Shown piece after piece: positions 1 through 10,048 of a stretch of 64,000 nucleotides of DNA. A program made the translations under genes and the position numbers. The notes under the pieces were generated by a model. The model did no database searches. It saw nothing but the letters and a program-made list of their open reading frames with translations, and was not told where the DNA came from. How positions within the stretch are numbered: the stretch's first letter is position 1; every line of letters starts with the position of its first letter. The DNA is from Alphaproteobacteria bacterium (GTDB lineage: Bacteria; Pseudomonadota; Alphaproteobacteria; UBA828), in the NCBI GenBank assembly GCA_963422645.2, contig CAXXVO010000007.1, positions 608,001 through 672,000 on the forward strand, read 5' to 3'.

Positions 1-860
1 ACGCGACCAAGCACCGGGCGCTTGCGGTGGTGGGCGATGCGCTGGAGACGGTGCGGGAGCTGGACGCAGCACTCGGCGCCTGGAAGGTGGAGGGCGCCCA
101 CCTGGCCAAGGCTCAGGCACTCTTCAAGGAGTGGGACGCGCTCCTGGACGAGCACCAGGCGCAGACCAACGCGCCGGTTCCCTCTTACGCGCAGGTGGTG
201 GGTGTGGTGAACCGGGCTGCGGGCGAGGGCGACCACCTGATCGCCGCCGCCGGCGGGATTCCGGGCGAGGTCGCCAAGGGCTGGCGGGTCAAGCAGCGCA
301 ACACCTTCGACCTCGAGTTCGGCTTCTCCTGCATGGGCTACGAGGTCGCCGGCGGCTGGGGCAATGCCATGGCGACCGCGGGCTCATCCACGCCCATCGT
401 CATGGTGGGCGACGGCAGCTACCTGATGTTGAACGCCGAGCTCTATTCCTCGGTCCTCACGGGCCACAAGATGATCGTGGTGATCTGCGACAATGGCGGC
501 TACGCGGTCATCAACCGGCTGCAGGAGTTCAAGGGCACGCCCGGCTTCAACAACCTGTTCAAGGATTGCCGGCGGGCTACGACCGGCGACCCGCCGCTGG
601 TGGATTTTGCGCAGCACGCGGGGTCCATGGGGGCCCATGCGCGCCACTGCGCGAGCCTCGCCGACCTCGAGGCCGCACTGGAGTGGGCCAAGGGGACCGA
701 CCGGACGACGGTCCTCTCGATCACCACGGAAGCCTACACCTGGACGCCGGGCGATGCCGCCTGGGATGTCGGCGTGCCCGAGGTCTCGGAGCGCGAGACG
801 GTGCGGGCCGCCCGCGCCGATCACGAAGAGATCCGGGCGAAGCAGCGCGTGGGAGTGTGA
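1..860 (+). CDS. iolD: 3D-(3,5/4)-trihydroxycyclohexane-1,2-dione acylhydrolase (5'-partial)
   Basis: TPP-binding GDGSYLM...DNGGYAVINRLQ, EFGFSCMGYEVAGGWG and WDVGVPEVS C-terminus; lies directly upstream of iolE. Confidence 0.92.
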   Translation, partial: ATKHRALAVVGDALETVRELDAALGAWKVEGAHLAKAQALFKEWDALLDEHQAQTNAPVPSYAQVVGVVNRAAGEGDHLIAAAGGIPGEVAKGWRVKQRNTFDLEFGFSCMGYEVAGGWGNAMATAGSSTPIVMVGDGSYLMLNAELYSSVLTGHKMIVVICDNGGYAVINRLQEFKGTPGFNNLFKDCRRATTGDPPLVDFAQHAGSMGAHARHCASLADLEAALEWAKGTDRTTVLSITTEAYTWTPGDAAWDVGVPEVSERETVRAARADHEEIRAKQRVGV

Positions 861-863
861 GGG

Positions 864-1769
864 ATGCTGGAAGCGAAGCTGGGCATCGCGCCCATCGCCT
901 GGTGGAACGACGATCTGGTGGAGCTTTCCGACGACGTGAGCCTGGAGGAGTGTCTGCGCCAGGCCTCGGTGGCGGGGTTTAGCGGGATGGAGACCGGCCG
1001 GCGCTTTCCGATGGACATGGACGAGCTCGGGCCGATCCTGAAGCGCTACGGGATCTCGGTCTGCGGCGGCTGGCATTCGGGCCGTCTGCTGGAGGGCGAT
1101 ATCGAGGCGGAGAAGGAGCGCATCCGGCCGATGATGGACTTCTTCATCGCGGCCGAGGCGCCCTGCATCGTCTATGGCGAGATCGCGGGCGCCATCCAGG
1201 GCGAGCGCAGCGCCCCGCTCGCGACCAAGCCCCGCATCGCCGACGACGACCGGATGAGGGCGTACGGCCGCAACATGACCGCGTTTGCGGAGTGGTGCGC
1301 GGAGGAGGGCATGCCGATCGCCTATCACCACCACATGGGCGCCGTGATCGAGACCGAGGCGGAGCTCGACGGCCTGATGAGCCACAGCGGCGAGGCGCTT
1401 CGGCTGGCCTATGACACCGGCCACCTCGCGTTTGCGGGCGGCGACGGGCTGCGCGTCATCGAGCGCTACCGCCGCCGGCTCGGCCACATCCACACCAAGG
1501 ACGTGCGCCGGGGCGTGGTGGACGGCCTCGACCGCAGCCGGGAGAGCTTTTTGGACGCGGTCATCAAGGGGGCGTTCACGGTGCCGGGCGACGGCGACCT
1601 CGACTTCGAGACCATCGTCCACCGCCTCGCCGAGGTCGGCTACGAGGGCTGGTTCGTGGTCGAGGCGGAACAGGACCCGGTGCCAAACCCGCCGCTCGAG
1701 ATGGCCAAAAAAGGACACGCCGAACTCCGCCGCGTCATGGCCAAAGCCGGATACAAGGTCACCCAATGA
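864..1769 (+). CDS. iolE: myo-inosose-2 dehydratase
   Basis: KLGIAPIAWWNDDL, YHHHMG, DTGH, FTVPGDG and VVEAEQDP motifs. Confidence 0.93.
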   Translation: MLEAKLGIAPIAWWNDDLVELSDDVSLEECLRQASVAGFSGMETGRRFPMDMDELGPILKRYGISVCGGWHSGRLLEGDIEAEKERIRPMMDFFIAAEAPCIVYGEIAGAIQGERSAPLATKPRIADDDRMRAYGRNMTAFAEWCAEEGMPIAYHHHMGAVIETEAELDGLMSHSGEALRLAYDTGHLAFAGGDGLRVIERYRRRLGHIHTKDVRRGVVDGLDRSRESFLDAVIKGAFTVPGDGDLDFETIVHRLAEVGYEGWFVVEAEQDPVPNPPLEMAKKGHAELRRVMAKAGYKVTQ

Positions 1770-2581
1770 ATAGAATCGATGGAAAGGTCGCCGTCGTCAC
1801 CGGCGGCACCCAGGGAGTCGGCGCGGCCATCGCCCGGCTCTTCGCGAAGGCCGGGGCAGCCGGGATCGTCACCGTCGGCCGCGACGCGGCGAAGGGCCGC
1901 ACGGTGGCCGAAGAGATCACGAGAGAGAGCGGCGTGCCGGTAGAGGTGGTCGGCGCCGACCTCTGTGTCATGGAAGACGTGCGCCGGGTCATGGCCGAGA
2001 CGGACGCCCGCTTCGGCCGGGTCGACATCCTGGTCAATGCTGCGGGCATGTCCAACCGGGGCAACCTGCTCAACACTTCGCCCGAGCTCTTCGACACGCT
2101 CTTCGCCGCGAACGTTCGCGCCCCCTTCTTCCTGATGCAGGACGCGGCAAAGATCATGATTCGCGAGGGCATTGAAGGCGTGATGGTCAATATCGGCTCG
2201 ACCTCCGCGCGCGCGGGCCAACCCTTCCTTGCGCCCTATAGCGCGTCGAAGGGCGCGCTCGCCACGCTCACGCAGAACGCGGGCTTCGCGTTGATGCGCA
2301 ACCGCATCCGCGTGAACCAGCTCAACATCGGCTGGACCAACTCGGATAACGAACGCAGGCTCCAGGCCGAGGAATCGGGCGATCCCGACTTCATCGACAA
2401 GGCCGCAGCCACGCTGCCCTTCGAACGACTGCTGGAGCCCGCCGAGATCGCGCGCGCCGTGCTCTGGGTGGCCTCCGGCGACAGCGGCATGATGACCGGC
2501 TCGGTCATCCAGTTCGACCAGTCGGTCTGGGGCGCATACGACGGCCAGGCACCGGCACCGGGGGAAGCGCTGAGCGAATAG
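1766..2581 (+). CDS. SDR family oxidoreductase (inositol cluster)
   Basis: TGGTQGVG and YSASK motifs; start overlaps the iolE stop (ATGA). Confidence 0.88.
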   Translation: MNRIDGKVAVVTGGTQGVGAAIARLFAKAGAAGIVTVGRDAAKGRTVAEEITRESGVPVEVVGADLCVMEDVRRVMAETDARFGRVDILVNAAGMSNRGNLLNTSPELFDTLFAANVRAPFFLMQDAAKIMIREGIEGVMVNIGSTSARAGQPFLAPYSASKGALATLTQNAGFALMRNRIRVNQLNIGWTNSDNERRLQAEESGDPDFIDKAAATLPFERLLEPAEIARAVLWVASGDSGMMTGSVIQFDQSVWGAYDGQAPAPGEALSE

Positions 2582-2600
2582 GGCCGCCGGCCCGGCGGCC
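2582..2600. terminator. GC hairpin between convergent SDR and LysR genes
   Basis: GGCCGCCGG-C-CCGGCGGCC inverted repeat right after the stop; no clear U tract. Confidence 0.35.
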
Positions 2601-2666
2601 CAACAGCAGGGTGGGCCCACTGCCTCTTTCCCTAATCCAGAGGCAGAGCGATCAGATAGGAGAGGG

Positions 2667-3576
2667 TCAATCCTGCGTTGCGGCGAAGCGAACCAGGGCG
2701 TCCTGAAGGTGCTCCGCCATGGCCTGAGCAGCCAGCGTCGGTAGGCGCTCGGACGGCGCAATCAGGCAAAGCCGCAGGCGGGACAACCGGCCATCTTCGA
2801 GCGGCACCGCGACCAGCCGCCCGCGGTCCAACTCTTCCGTGAATCCCAGGCGCGTGTAAAACGCGATCCCGACGCCGCGCAGCAAGAGCCGCTTCAGAAC
2901 AGCCAGGGTGTTGGAGATCGCCAAGGGCTTGTGTGCGTTCTTGAACGCCTCCATCTCTTCTCCGAAGAAGAGCTGCATGGAGCCGGAATGATCCTGGTAC
3001 ATCAGCGGGTAAGCGCCGCACTCGTCCAGGGAAACGGTCTTGCGGGCCGCCAGCGTATGGTCTGGAGGCATGATCGCGCACATGGGGCAGGAAACGTCCT
3101 TGAGCACCGTAATCCCGCGACGCAAGGCCGGCGAGAAAGTCAGGCCGAGATCCGCGTTCCCCTGGGCAACCGAGTGCATGGTTTCGACGGGATCGCAGGC
3201 CATGACCCGGATCTGCACCGCCGGGTGGACGGCGATGAATTCGGCCAGCGCTTCCGGCAGGAATTGCACGTTCAGGCTGTCCAGCGTGGTGATGGTCACG
3301 TCGCCGCTGACGACGCCGCGCAGCTTGTCAATGTCGCCGCGCAGGCGGGCGAAATCATGCAGTGTGGTTTGCGCGTGGCGCAGGACCAGCTGACCGGCAT
3401 CGGTGAGCCGCATGCCGTCGGGCCGCCGCTCGAACAACGGGGTGCCGAGGTAATCCTCGAGCTTCAGAATCTGGCGATTGACGGCGGACGGCGAGATGTG
3501 AAGGCGTTCCGACGCGCGGCGGATCGATCCGTCCTCGGCGACCGCCTCGAAGTAGCGCAGCACCGCCGCGTGGCAT
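2667..3576 (-). CDS. LysR family transcriptional regulator (ATG at 3576 is out of frame by 1 nt; in-frame GTG at 3563)
   Basis: LRYFEAVAEDGSIRRASERLHISPSAVNRQILKLE HTH followed by a substrate-binding domain. Confidence 0.88.
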
Positions 3577-3588
3577 CGACGCTCGGCC

Positions 3589-4356
3589 TCAGTCTCCGCT
3601 CCACACGGGCGCGCGCTTCTCCCGGAAGGCCGCGACGCCTTCCTCCGCATCCCGGCTCTGCAGCGCGGCCGCGAGGCTCGGCAGGCGGGCGTTGCGGGCC
3701 TCCCGCATCGTCAGGTGCGCCGTGTCGGCGGCGGACCGCTTGATCGCCTTCAGGCTGAGTGGGGCGCAGGCGACGATATCGTCGATCCACGACTGGACGG
3801 CGCCGTCGAGCTCGTCCTCCGGCACGACCTGATTGACGAGGCTGCATTCGAGCGCTTCCGCCGCGCTGATGCGCCGGCCAGTCAGCAGCATGCCCATGGC
3901 ATGTGCCCGCGGGATCAGGCGGGGCAGGAGGATCATGCCGTCCAGCGGCAGGCGGCCGACCCGTGGCTCGGGCAGTCCGAAGGATGCGGTTTCGGCGGCG
4001 ACGATGAGGTCGCAGCCGAGCACCATCTCGAAGCCGCCGCCGAGCGCGAGGCCGTTGACCCTGGCGATGACGGGGACGGACAAGCGACCGCCGAGCGCGA
4101 TGCCGCCGAAGCCGTGGTCGCCGGTGCCGGCCCAGTAGGCGAGGCCGCCGGGGCCGTCTTCCTTCATGTCTGCACCGGCGCAGAAGGCGCGCCCGGTGCC
4201 GGTGAGCACGACGCAGCGGATCGCCGGGTCCCCTTCGATCGCGTTCCAAATGTCGTCGAGAGCGGCGTCGGCAGCGGAGTCGATGGCGTTCAAGCGCTCA
4301 GGACGGTTCAGCGTGACCCGGGCGACGCCGTCACAGACGCTAAAACCCACGCTCAC
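3589..4356 (-). CDS. enoyl-CoA hydratase/isomerase (crotonase)
   Basis: LNRPERLNAI, FCAGADMK, GGGFE and FGLPEPRVG motifs. Confidence 0.92.
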   Translation of the reverse strand: MSVGFSVCDGVARVTLNRPERLNAIDSAADAALDDIWNAIEGDPAIRCVVLTGTGRAFCAGADMKEDGPGGLAYWAGTGDHGFGGIALGGRLSVPVIARVNGLALGGGFEMVLGCDLIVAAETASFGLPEPRVGRLPLDGMILLPRLIPRAHAMGMLLTGRRISAAEALECSLVNQVVPEDELDGAVQSWIDDIVACAPLSLKAIKRSAADTAHLTMREARNARLPSLAAALQSRDAEEGVAAFREKRAPVWSGD

Positions 4357-5534
4357 GCCGCGTGCTCACTGGCGCGTGCCGGGGCCAGCACTTCGTCATT
4401 GTGCTCGCCCAGCGTCGGCGGGGCGCGGCGAACGGCGAAGGGCGCCGCCGACATCTCGATGGGGGAGGCCACGAGACGCACCGGCCCGCCGGCTGTTGGA
4501 TCGAGCTCCACGATCATGCGGTTGCAGGCGGTCTGCGGGTCGTCCAGGGCGTCCTCAAGCGTCACCACCGGGGCGCACAGGATGTCCACGCCCTCGAGCC
4601 GCGCCAACCAATGCGCGGTGGTGTTGCCGGCGAAGCCCTCACGGAAGATCGCCTGCAGCTCTGCCCGGTGAAGCGTCTGCTGCTCCAAGGTGTCGTAACG
4701 GGGATCGGGGGAGAGATCGTCGATCCCCAGTGCTTGGCAAATGTCGCGCAGGGGATTCTCCTTGAACGCGCCGACCATGACGATGGCGCCGTCGGTGGTC
4801 TCGAACACGCCGGAGAGCGGCATCGCGGCCCAGTTGAGCTCGCGCCCCCGCATCATCCACATCGCCGCTTCCTGCATCTGCATCGCCAGCATGGAGTTGT
4901 AGAGCGAGACCGAAACCTGCTGCCCCTCGCCGGTCTTCTCGCGCTGCAAGAGAGCGAGAAGGATCCCCTGCACGAGGTGCATGCCGGCGCTGTAGTCGGC
5001 GAGCGCGGTGGGGTAGACCGAGAGCGGCAGTTCCGGGTCCGCGCGGCGGTGCATCGCGCCGCTCATGGCCTGAGCGAGCACGTCCTGCCCGCCCTTGTGC
5101 ACGTAGGGGCCCTCCAGCCCGAATCCTGTGCCGACGGCGCAGATGATGCGCGGGTTGAGGCGGCGCAGGTCGTCGTGGCCGAAGCCCATGCGCTCCATCA
5201 CGCCCGGGCGAAAGTTGCTGACGACCACGTCTGCGCTCTCCACGAGACGCAATGCGGCCTGACGGTCCGCCTCCGACTTCAGGTTAAGGGCGACGCTGCG
5301 CTTGTTGCGGTTCAGGCTGGCGAAGACCGGGTTGTTGCCGCCGTCCGGGTCCTCGCCCACGCTCCAGCGCGACAGATCGCCGGCGCCGACCCGCTCGATC
5401 TTGATCACGTCTGCGCCATAGTCGCCCAGCATCTGGGTGCAGCACGGGCCCATCATCACCTGGGTGAAGTCGAGGACCCGCACGCCGTCGAGTGGCAGCG
5501 GACGGTCGCCGGCAACGCCTGCTTGGGCGGACAT
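4353..5534 (-). CDS. CaiB/BaiF family III CoA-transferase
   Basis: LDFTQVMMGP...LGDYGADVIKIE, NRNKRSV and NFRPGVMER motifs; start placed at MSAQAG. Confidence 0.92.
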   Translation of the reverse strand: MSAQAGVAGDRPLPLDGVRVLDFTQVMMGPCCTQMLGDYGADVIKIERVGAGDLSRWSVGEDPDGGNNPVFASLNRNKRSVALNLKSEADRQAALRLVESADVVVSNFRPGVMERMGFGHDDLRRLNPRIICAVGTGFGLEGPYVHKGGQDVLAQAMSGAMHRRADPELPLSVYPTALADYSAGMHLVQGILLALLQREKTGEGQQVSVSLYNSMLAMQMQEAAMWMMRGRELNWAAMPLSGVFETTDGAIVMVGAFKENPLRDICQALGIDDLSPDPRYDTLEQQTLHRAELQAIFREGFAGNTTAHWLARLEGVDILCAPVVTLEDALDDPQTACNRMIVELDPTAGGPVRLVASPIEMSAAPFAVRRAPPTLGEHNDEVLAPARASEHAA

Positions 5535-6895
5535 CAGGCGGCCTCCGTCACGAGCGCGTTCGGGGCCGGCCGGTCTCCGGGGTCCGCGCCCTGGGCCCGC
5601 ATCTGCCTCTGGATGCCGCGAACGTCGACATCGCGCACCAGGATGCCGCCGTCGAGCGCCTGGGCAGCGGCGATGCCGGCGGCCTCGCCCATGGCCATGC
5701 AGGGCGGGATCTCGCGGCTGATTTTTTGGGCCTGCGATGTCGCCGAGTAGTGGCGGCCTGCGACCAACAGCTGCTCCACGCCCATCGGCAGCAGCGCGCG
5801 GTAGGGGGTGTAATAGTCCCGCCCGCGGCAGACGCTGTCGTGGAAGTGCACCCGCTCCTTCACGTCCCGCTTGGTCACCACGTATTCGCCTTCGAGCAGG
5901 CGGGTCTGGCGCACGCCGGTCTGGGGGGCGAAGTCCACGAAGTAGGCGCGCTCGAATCCCGGCACCCGCGCACGGGCGAATTCCAGCACCGCCTGCATGC
6001 GGCGCCGGCCCTCGAACTCGGCCGCCGTGAGATCCGCCACCTTGAGGCCGTCGAAGCCGGACATGTGCGGGCAGTTGCACCAGACGATGCCCGGCAGCGG
6101 GGTCTTCAGCCACCAGTGTTGCCAGCAGCCCCCGATCAGGCGCCGTGCTCTGAGGTCGATCTCGGCAAACCGCTCGGGCTCCTCGAACTGGAAGCGCTCA
6201 GCCTCGTCCGTATCCACGCCGCCCATGCGCGAGACCGTGGTGACGATGTAGGAACCTTCGGCAAAGGACGCTCCGGCGCTGGCGGCCACGTCGAGGTCGC
6301 CGGTGGCATCGACGACGATGCTGCCACGAATGGCCTGCGCACCCTCCTTGGTCTCGACGATGACGCCGGCGGCGCGGCCGTCCTCGACGATCGTGGACTG
6401 GAACCAGCTGTGCAGCCTGAGCGTGACGCCGGCTTCGCGCACCATGTCGAGCGAGGCCTGCTTGAAGCCGTCCGGATCGAAGGATGCCGCGAAGATGACG
6501 GGATAGGGCTTCGTGTTGGCATAGAAGTCGTAGAGGCCCCACCGGGACCACTTGCGCCAGAGCGCATCGGTCGTGCGCACCGCCGGGTCGCGGTCGGCCT
6601 CCGGCGGGTAGACGCAGAGCTCCTTCGCGTGCATGCGCTCGACGATCTCCATGGCGAGGCCGCGCACGGAGATCTCCGTGTCGTTGTGCATGTCGTCCAG
6701 CACCAGCACCATGCCGCCGGAAGCGAGGCCGCCGAGATAGGGGTAGCGCTCGATCAGCGCCACCTGCGCGCCATTGCGCGCGGCCGAGACCGCCGCCGAT
6801 ATTCCGGCGGGCCCGCCGCCCACCACCACCACGTCGGCGGTGGCGACGACCGGTACGCGGGTTTCCGGCCGGGTCAAAATTTCGGGCGATGACAT
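5534..6895 (-). CDS. FAD-dependent oxidoreductase
   Basis: VVVGGGPAG Rossmann motif, DATGDLD, YRALLP and GEAAG motifs. Confidence 0.9.
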   Translation of the reverse strand: MSSPEILTRPETRVPVVATADVVVVGGGPAGISAAVSAARNGAQVALIERYPYLGGLASGGMVLVLDDMHNDTEISVRGLAMEIVERMHAKELCVYPPEADRDPAVRTTDALWRKWSRWGLYDFYANTKPYPVIFAASFDPDGFKQASLDMVREAGVTLRLHSWFQSTIVEDGRAAGVIVETKEGAQAIRGSIVVDATGDLDVAASAGASFAEGSYIVTTVSRMGGVDTDEAERFQFEEPERFAEIDLRARRLIGGCWQHWWLKTPLPGIVWCNCPHMSGFDGLKVADLTAAEFEGRRRMQAVLEFARARVPGFERAYFVDFAPQTGVRQTRLLEGEYVVTKRDVKERVHFHDSVCRGRDYYTPYRALLPMGVEQLLVAGRHYSATSQAQKISREIPPCMAMGEAAGIAAAQALDGGILVRDVDVRGIQRQMRAQGADPGDRPAPNALVTEAA

Positions 6896-6926
6896 GCTCT
6901 TGCCTCCAGGTGTCTTCGCGGCTGGT

Positions 6927-7766
6927 TCAGTAGACCGCGCCGGGTTTCCACTTCAGGACCTGCCGTTCGACGAGGGACGTGGTCACGAAGAAGGCCACCG
7001 CGAGCCCTGCGCCCAGGATCACCGTGGCGTAAAGCAGGGGGGCGCGGAAGTTGTAGGTGGCCTCGATGATGAGGGAGCCCAGGCCGTAGTTGGAGCCGAT
7101 CCATTCGCCGACGATGGCGCCGATAACGCAAGTCGTGGACGCGATCTTCAACGCCGCGAAGAGGAAGGGCAGCGAGCTCTGCAGCCGGATCTTGAACAGG
7201 ACTTCCCGGTCGTTGGCGGAGAGCACGCGCATCAGCTCGAGCATCTGCGGGCTGACGGCCTTGAGGCCACGCACCATGTTGACCAGGGTCGGGAAGAAGC
7301 AGATCAGGGCCGCGATGACGATCTTGGGCTCGTAGCCGTTGCCCAGCATCAGCACCAGGATCGGCGCGATGGCGATGATGGGGATCGTGTTGATGAAGAC
7401 CGCGATGGGATAGAACGCGCGCTCCGCGAGCCCGCTGTGCACGAACCAGACCGCCAGCAACACCGCGATGGTGTTGCCCAGCGCGAAGCCACACACCGCT
7501 TCCAGCAGGGTCGGCAGGAAGTTGATCCAGAGGATGTCGCCCTGCTCGGCAAACACCTGCAGGACCTGCCACGGGCTCGGTGCGATGTAGGTCGGCACCT
7601 CGAACCCGGTAACGATGAGGTGCCAGACGACCACCATGCCGACGGCGGCGATGACGGCCGGTGCGCGGCGGAAGCGCCGCCGCATCTTCGTTCTCTGGGA
7701 ACGCGCGGCCCCGGCCGCAGACGCCCGCGGCTTGGCGGCCTTCGCACCGACCTCTGTCGAGGTCAT
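6927..7766 (-). CDS. ABC transporter permease (SsuC/TauC-like)
   Basis: Hydrophobic helices, IGAIVGEWIGSNYGLG; within the operon. Confidence 0.9.
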   Translation of the reverse strand: MTSTEVGAKAAKPRASAAGAARSQRTKMRRRFRRAPAVIAAVGMVVVWHLIVTGFEVPTYIAPSPWQVLQVFAEQGDILWINFLPTLLEAVCGFALGNTIAVLLAVWFVHSGLAERAFYPIAVFINTIPIIAIAPILVLMLGNGYEPKIVIAALICFFPTLVNMVRGLKAVSPQMLELMRVLSANDREVLFKIRLQSSLPFLFAALKIASTTCVIGAIVGEWIGSNYGLGSLIIEATYNFRAPLLYATVILGAGLAVAFFVTTSLVERQVLKWKPGAVY

Positions 7767-8578
7767 CGCGGCACCTCCAACAGGCCGCGCAGGTGCGCGG
7801 TGACCTGCACGAACTCGAGCGTGTCGCGCATGCCGAGGACGCGCGGCGCGGTGAAGGAGATATCCACGTATTCGCGGACGCGGCCCGGCTGGGCCGAGAG
7901 CACCAGGCACTTCTGGCCGAGGAACGCGGCTTCCGGCACCGAATGGGTCACGAACATGATCGTGGTGCCTGTTTCTCTCCAGATACGCAGCAGCTCCTCG
8001 TTCAGCTTGTCGCGGTTGATCTCGTCGAGCGCGCCGAAGGGCTCGTCCATCAGCAGCACGCGGGGGCGGCAGACAAGCGCCCGGGCGATGGAGACGCGCT
8101 GACGCATACCGCCCGAGAGCTCGTGGGGCAGGGCATCCGTGCGTCCCTCCAAACCGACCAGCGCCAGCAGCTCCTCAGGCTCCGCATGCTGCTCGACGGC
8201 AACGCCGCGCCGGCCAACCTCCAACGGCAGGCGGACGTTGTCGATGACGCTGCGCCAGGGGAGCAGCGTCGCATCCTGAAAAACGAAGGCGAAGTCGCGG
8301 GCCCGGCGCGCCTGCTCCGGCGTGCGGCCGAAGACGCTGATCGCACCCGCGCTCACCGGTACCAGGTCGGCGATCGCCCTGAGCAACGTAGACTTGCCGC
8401 AGCCTGACGGCCCCAGCATGGTGACGAAGCCGGCTTCGAGCACGTCGAAGCCGACCTCGTCTAATGCCGTAATGCTGCCGGCGTCTCCGTCGAAACGGAC
8501 CGCCAGGTCGCGCACCGAGATCGCCGGGGCGGCGGAGGTCTCAGCGCCTGCCGTCGCCGCGGCGATGGCTGACGTCAT
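7763..8578 (-). CDS. ABC transporter ATP-binding protein (TauB/SsuB-like)
   Basis: GPSGCGKST, LSGGMRQR and LMDEPFGALD motifs. Confidence 0.93.
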   Translation of the reverse strand: MTSAIAAATAGAETSAAPAISVRDLAVRFDGDAGSITALDEVGFDVLEAGFVTMLGPSGCGKSTLLRAIADLVPVSAGAISVFGRTPEQARRARDFAFVFQDATLLPWRSVIDNVRLPLEVGRRGVAVEQHAEPEELLALVGLEGRTDALPHELSGGMRQRVSIARALVCRPRVLLMDEPFGALDEINRDKLNEELLRIWRETGTTIMFVTHSVPEAAFLGQKCLVLSAQPGRVREYVDISFTAPRVLGMRDTLEFVQVTAHLRGLLEVPR

Positions 8579-9621
8579 CCAACCTGCTTTCTCACTTCCT
8601 CCGTGGCGGCCAGGACATCCGAGGTCATGACGTCGTCTACAGTCGGTGTCGCCCCCTGGAACTGCTCCAGCTCGGCGTAGGTATCGATCTGGTCCTGCCA
8701 GTTCGCCCGATTCATGGTCGCCCAGCCTTCGCTTGCTGTGACATCGTTGAAGGCGAAAGTGAGCAATGGAGCGACCGCTTCCAGCTCGCTCGCGTGGTCC
8801 AGGTTCTGGTACTCGGCCACGAGGTGCTCGACGCCGGCCTCGGGGTTCTTGCGCACCTCGCCCCAGCCGCGCGCAGACCCGGTGAGGAAGCGAGCCAACA
8901 CGTCTCCGTGTTCCGCCAGCATCTCGTCGGTGGCGTAGTAGACGTTGGCGTAGAGTTGGATGCCCGCGTCCCACAGCATCATGTCGACGCGACCGTCGCC
9001 GATGACTCTCAGCGCAGCGGTGTTGGACAGCCAGCCGGTGACCGCGGCGGCTCGGCCGGTCATCAGCTGGTTCATGTCGCTCCCCATCTTGACGACCTCG
9101 ACCTGATCCTCGGCGATGCCGTTCTTCGCCAGCAGCGCCCTGAGCAGGATCACCGCCGTCGGCTGCGTGGCGATGGTCTGGCCGATCATGTCCTGAGGCG
9201 TGCGGATGGGATTGCTCTCGAGCGAGAAGTAGGTGAAGGGGTGCTTCTGATAGCCGGCGGCGAACGCCTTGACCGGGATGCCGGCGGAACGCGCCAGCAT
9301 CAGCGAAGGGCTGGAGGAGAGCTGGCCGCTCTCAGCCCGGCCGGCGGCGACCGAAGCCACGCCGTCCACGCCTGGCCCGCCCGGCGTGACCTCGAGCTCG
9401 ATGCCCAGCTCGTCGTAGATTCCAGTGCGCTTGGCCATGACCTCGCCCAGGATGCCGTTGCTGGCGAGCCAGCCCAGCTGCATGTTGACCTTCGCCGCAT
9501 CGGCGCCGAGGGCCTCGACGCTGATCATGGACGACATTGCGGCGACGCCGCCGAGGGCGGAGCCGTAGCGCAGCAGTTCGCGGCGGCTGATCCCGGATTG
9601 GTGGTGATTGTGCTCTGTCAT
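8575..9621 (-). CDS. ABC substrate-binding protein, NMT1/THI5-like, Tat-exported
   Basis: SRRELL twin-arginine signal; QLGWL...PGGP motif. Confidence 0.87.
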   Translation of the reverse strand: MTEHNHHQSGISRRELLRYGSALGGVAAMSSMISVEALGADAAKVNMQLGWLASNGILGEVMAKRTGIYDELGIELEVTPGGPGVDGVASVAAGRAESGQLSSSPSLMLARSAGIPVKAFAAGYQKHPFTYFSLESNPIRTPQDMIGQTIATQPTAVILLRALLAKNGIAEDQVEVVKMGSDMNQLMTGRAAAVTGWLSNTAALRVIGDGRVDMMLWDAGIQLYANVYYATDEMLAEHGDVLARFLTGSARGWGEVRKNPEAGVEHLVAEYQNLDHASELEAVAPLLTFAFNDVTASEGWATMNRANWQDQIDTYAELEQFQGATPTVDDVMTSDVLAATEEVRKQVG

Positions 9622-9900
9622 GGTCTGGCCTCCCAGGTGGTTGTCAGGCAGGTAGCGGATGGTGCGGGCCCGGCACCGCGTGCGCGCTTGGACTGCGAAT
9701 AGCGCGCCGGCGGCTCGTGTCGAAGCTGCATCGTCGGTTCTGGGCACCGCGCTACCAGCTCTTTCCGATGGACGTGATGCGGGAGGCGCGGCGGAGCGAT
9801 GCGAACCATCCCACTTGGATCATCCCCGATACCTCCCAACGTCGCAATCAACGGTAGCCAGCCGGCCTGTTCGAGGGAACTGCCAAATTCTGCTCCATGT

Positions 9901-9917
9901 GTTGCCCAAATTGCAAC
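9901..9917. promoter_or_regulatory. candidate LysR-binding dyad in the divergent promoter region
   Basis: GTTGC-N7-GCAAC containing T-N11-A, lying between divergent genes. Confidence 0.45.
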
Positions 9918-10048
9918 GCATGGAGCAGAACGGGCGACGTAATCAGGACACCGCGCGGAACGGATGCCGACCGGCGTGGTACCGTGTCGACTGGCTTCGA
10001 TTCAGAGGGGTCGAACGACGACGCCCAACGACAGCAGGGGGAGCGGTC

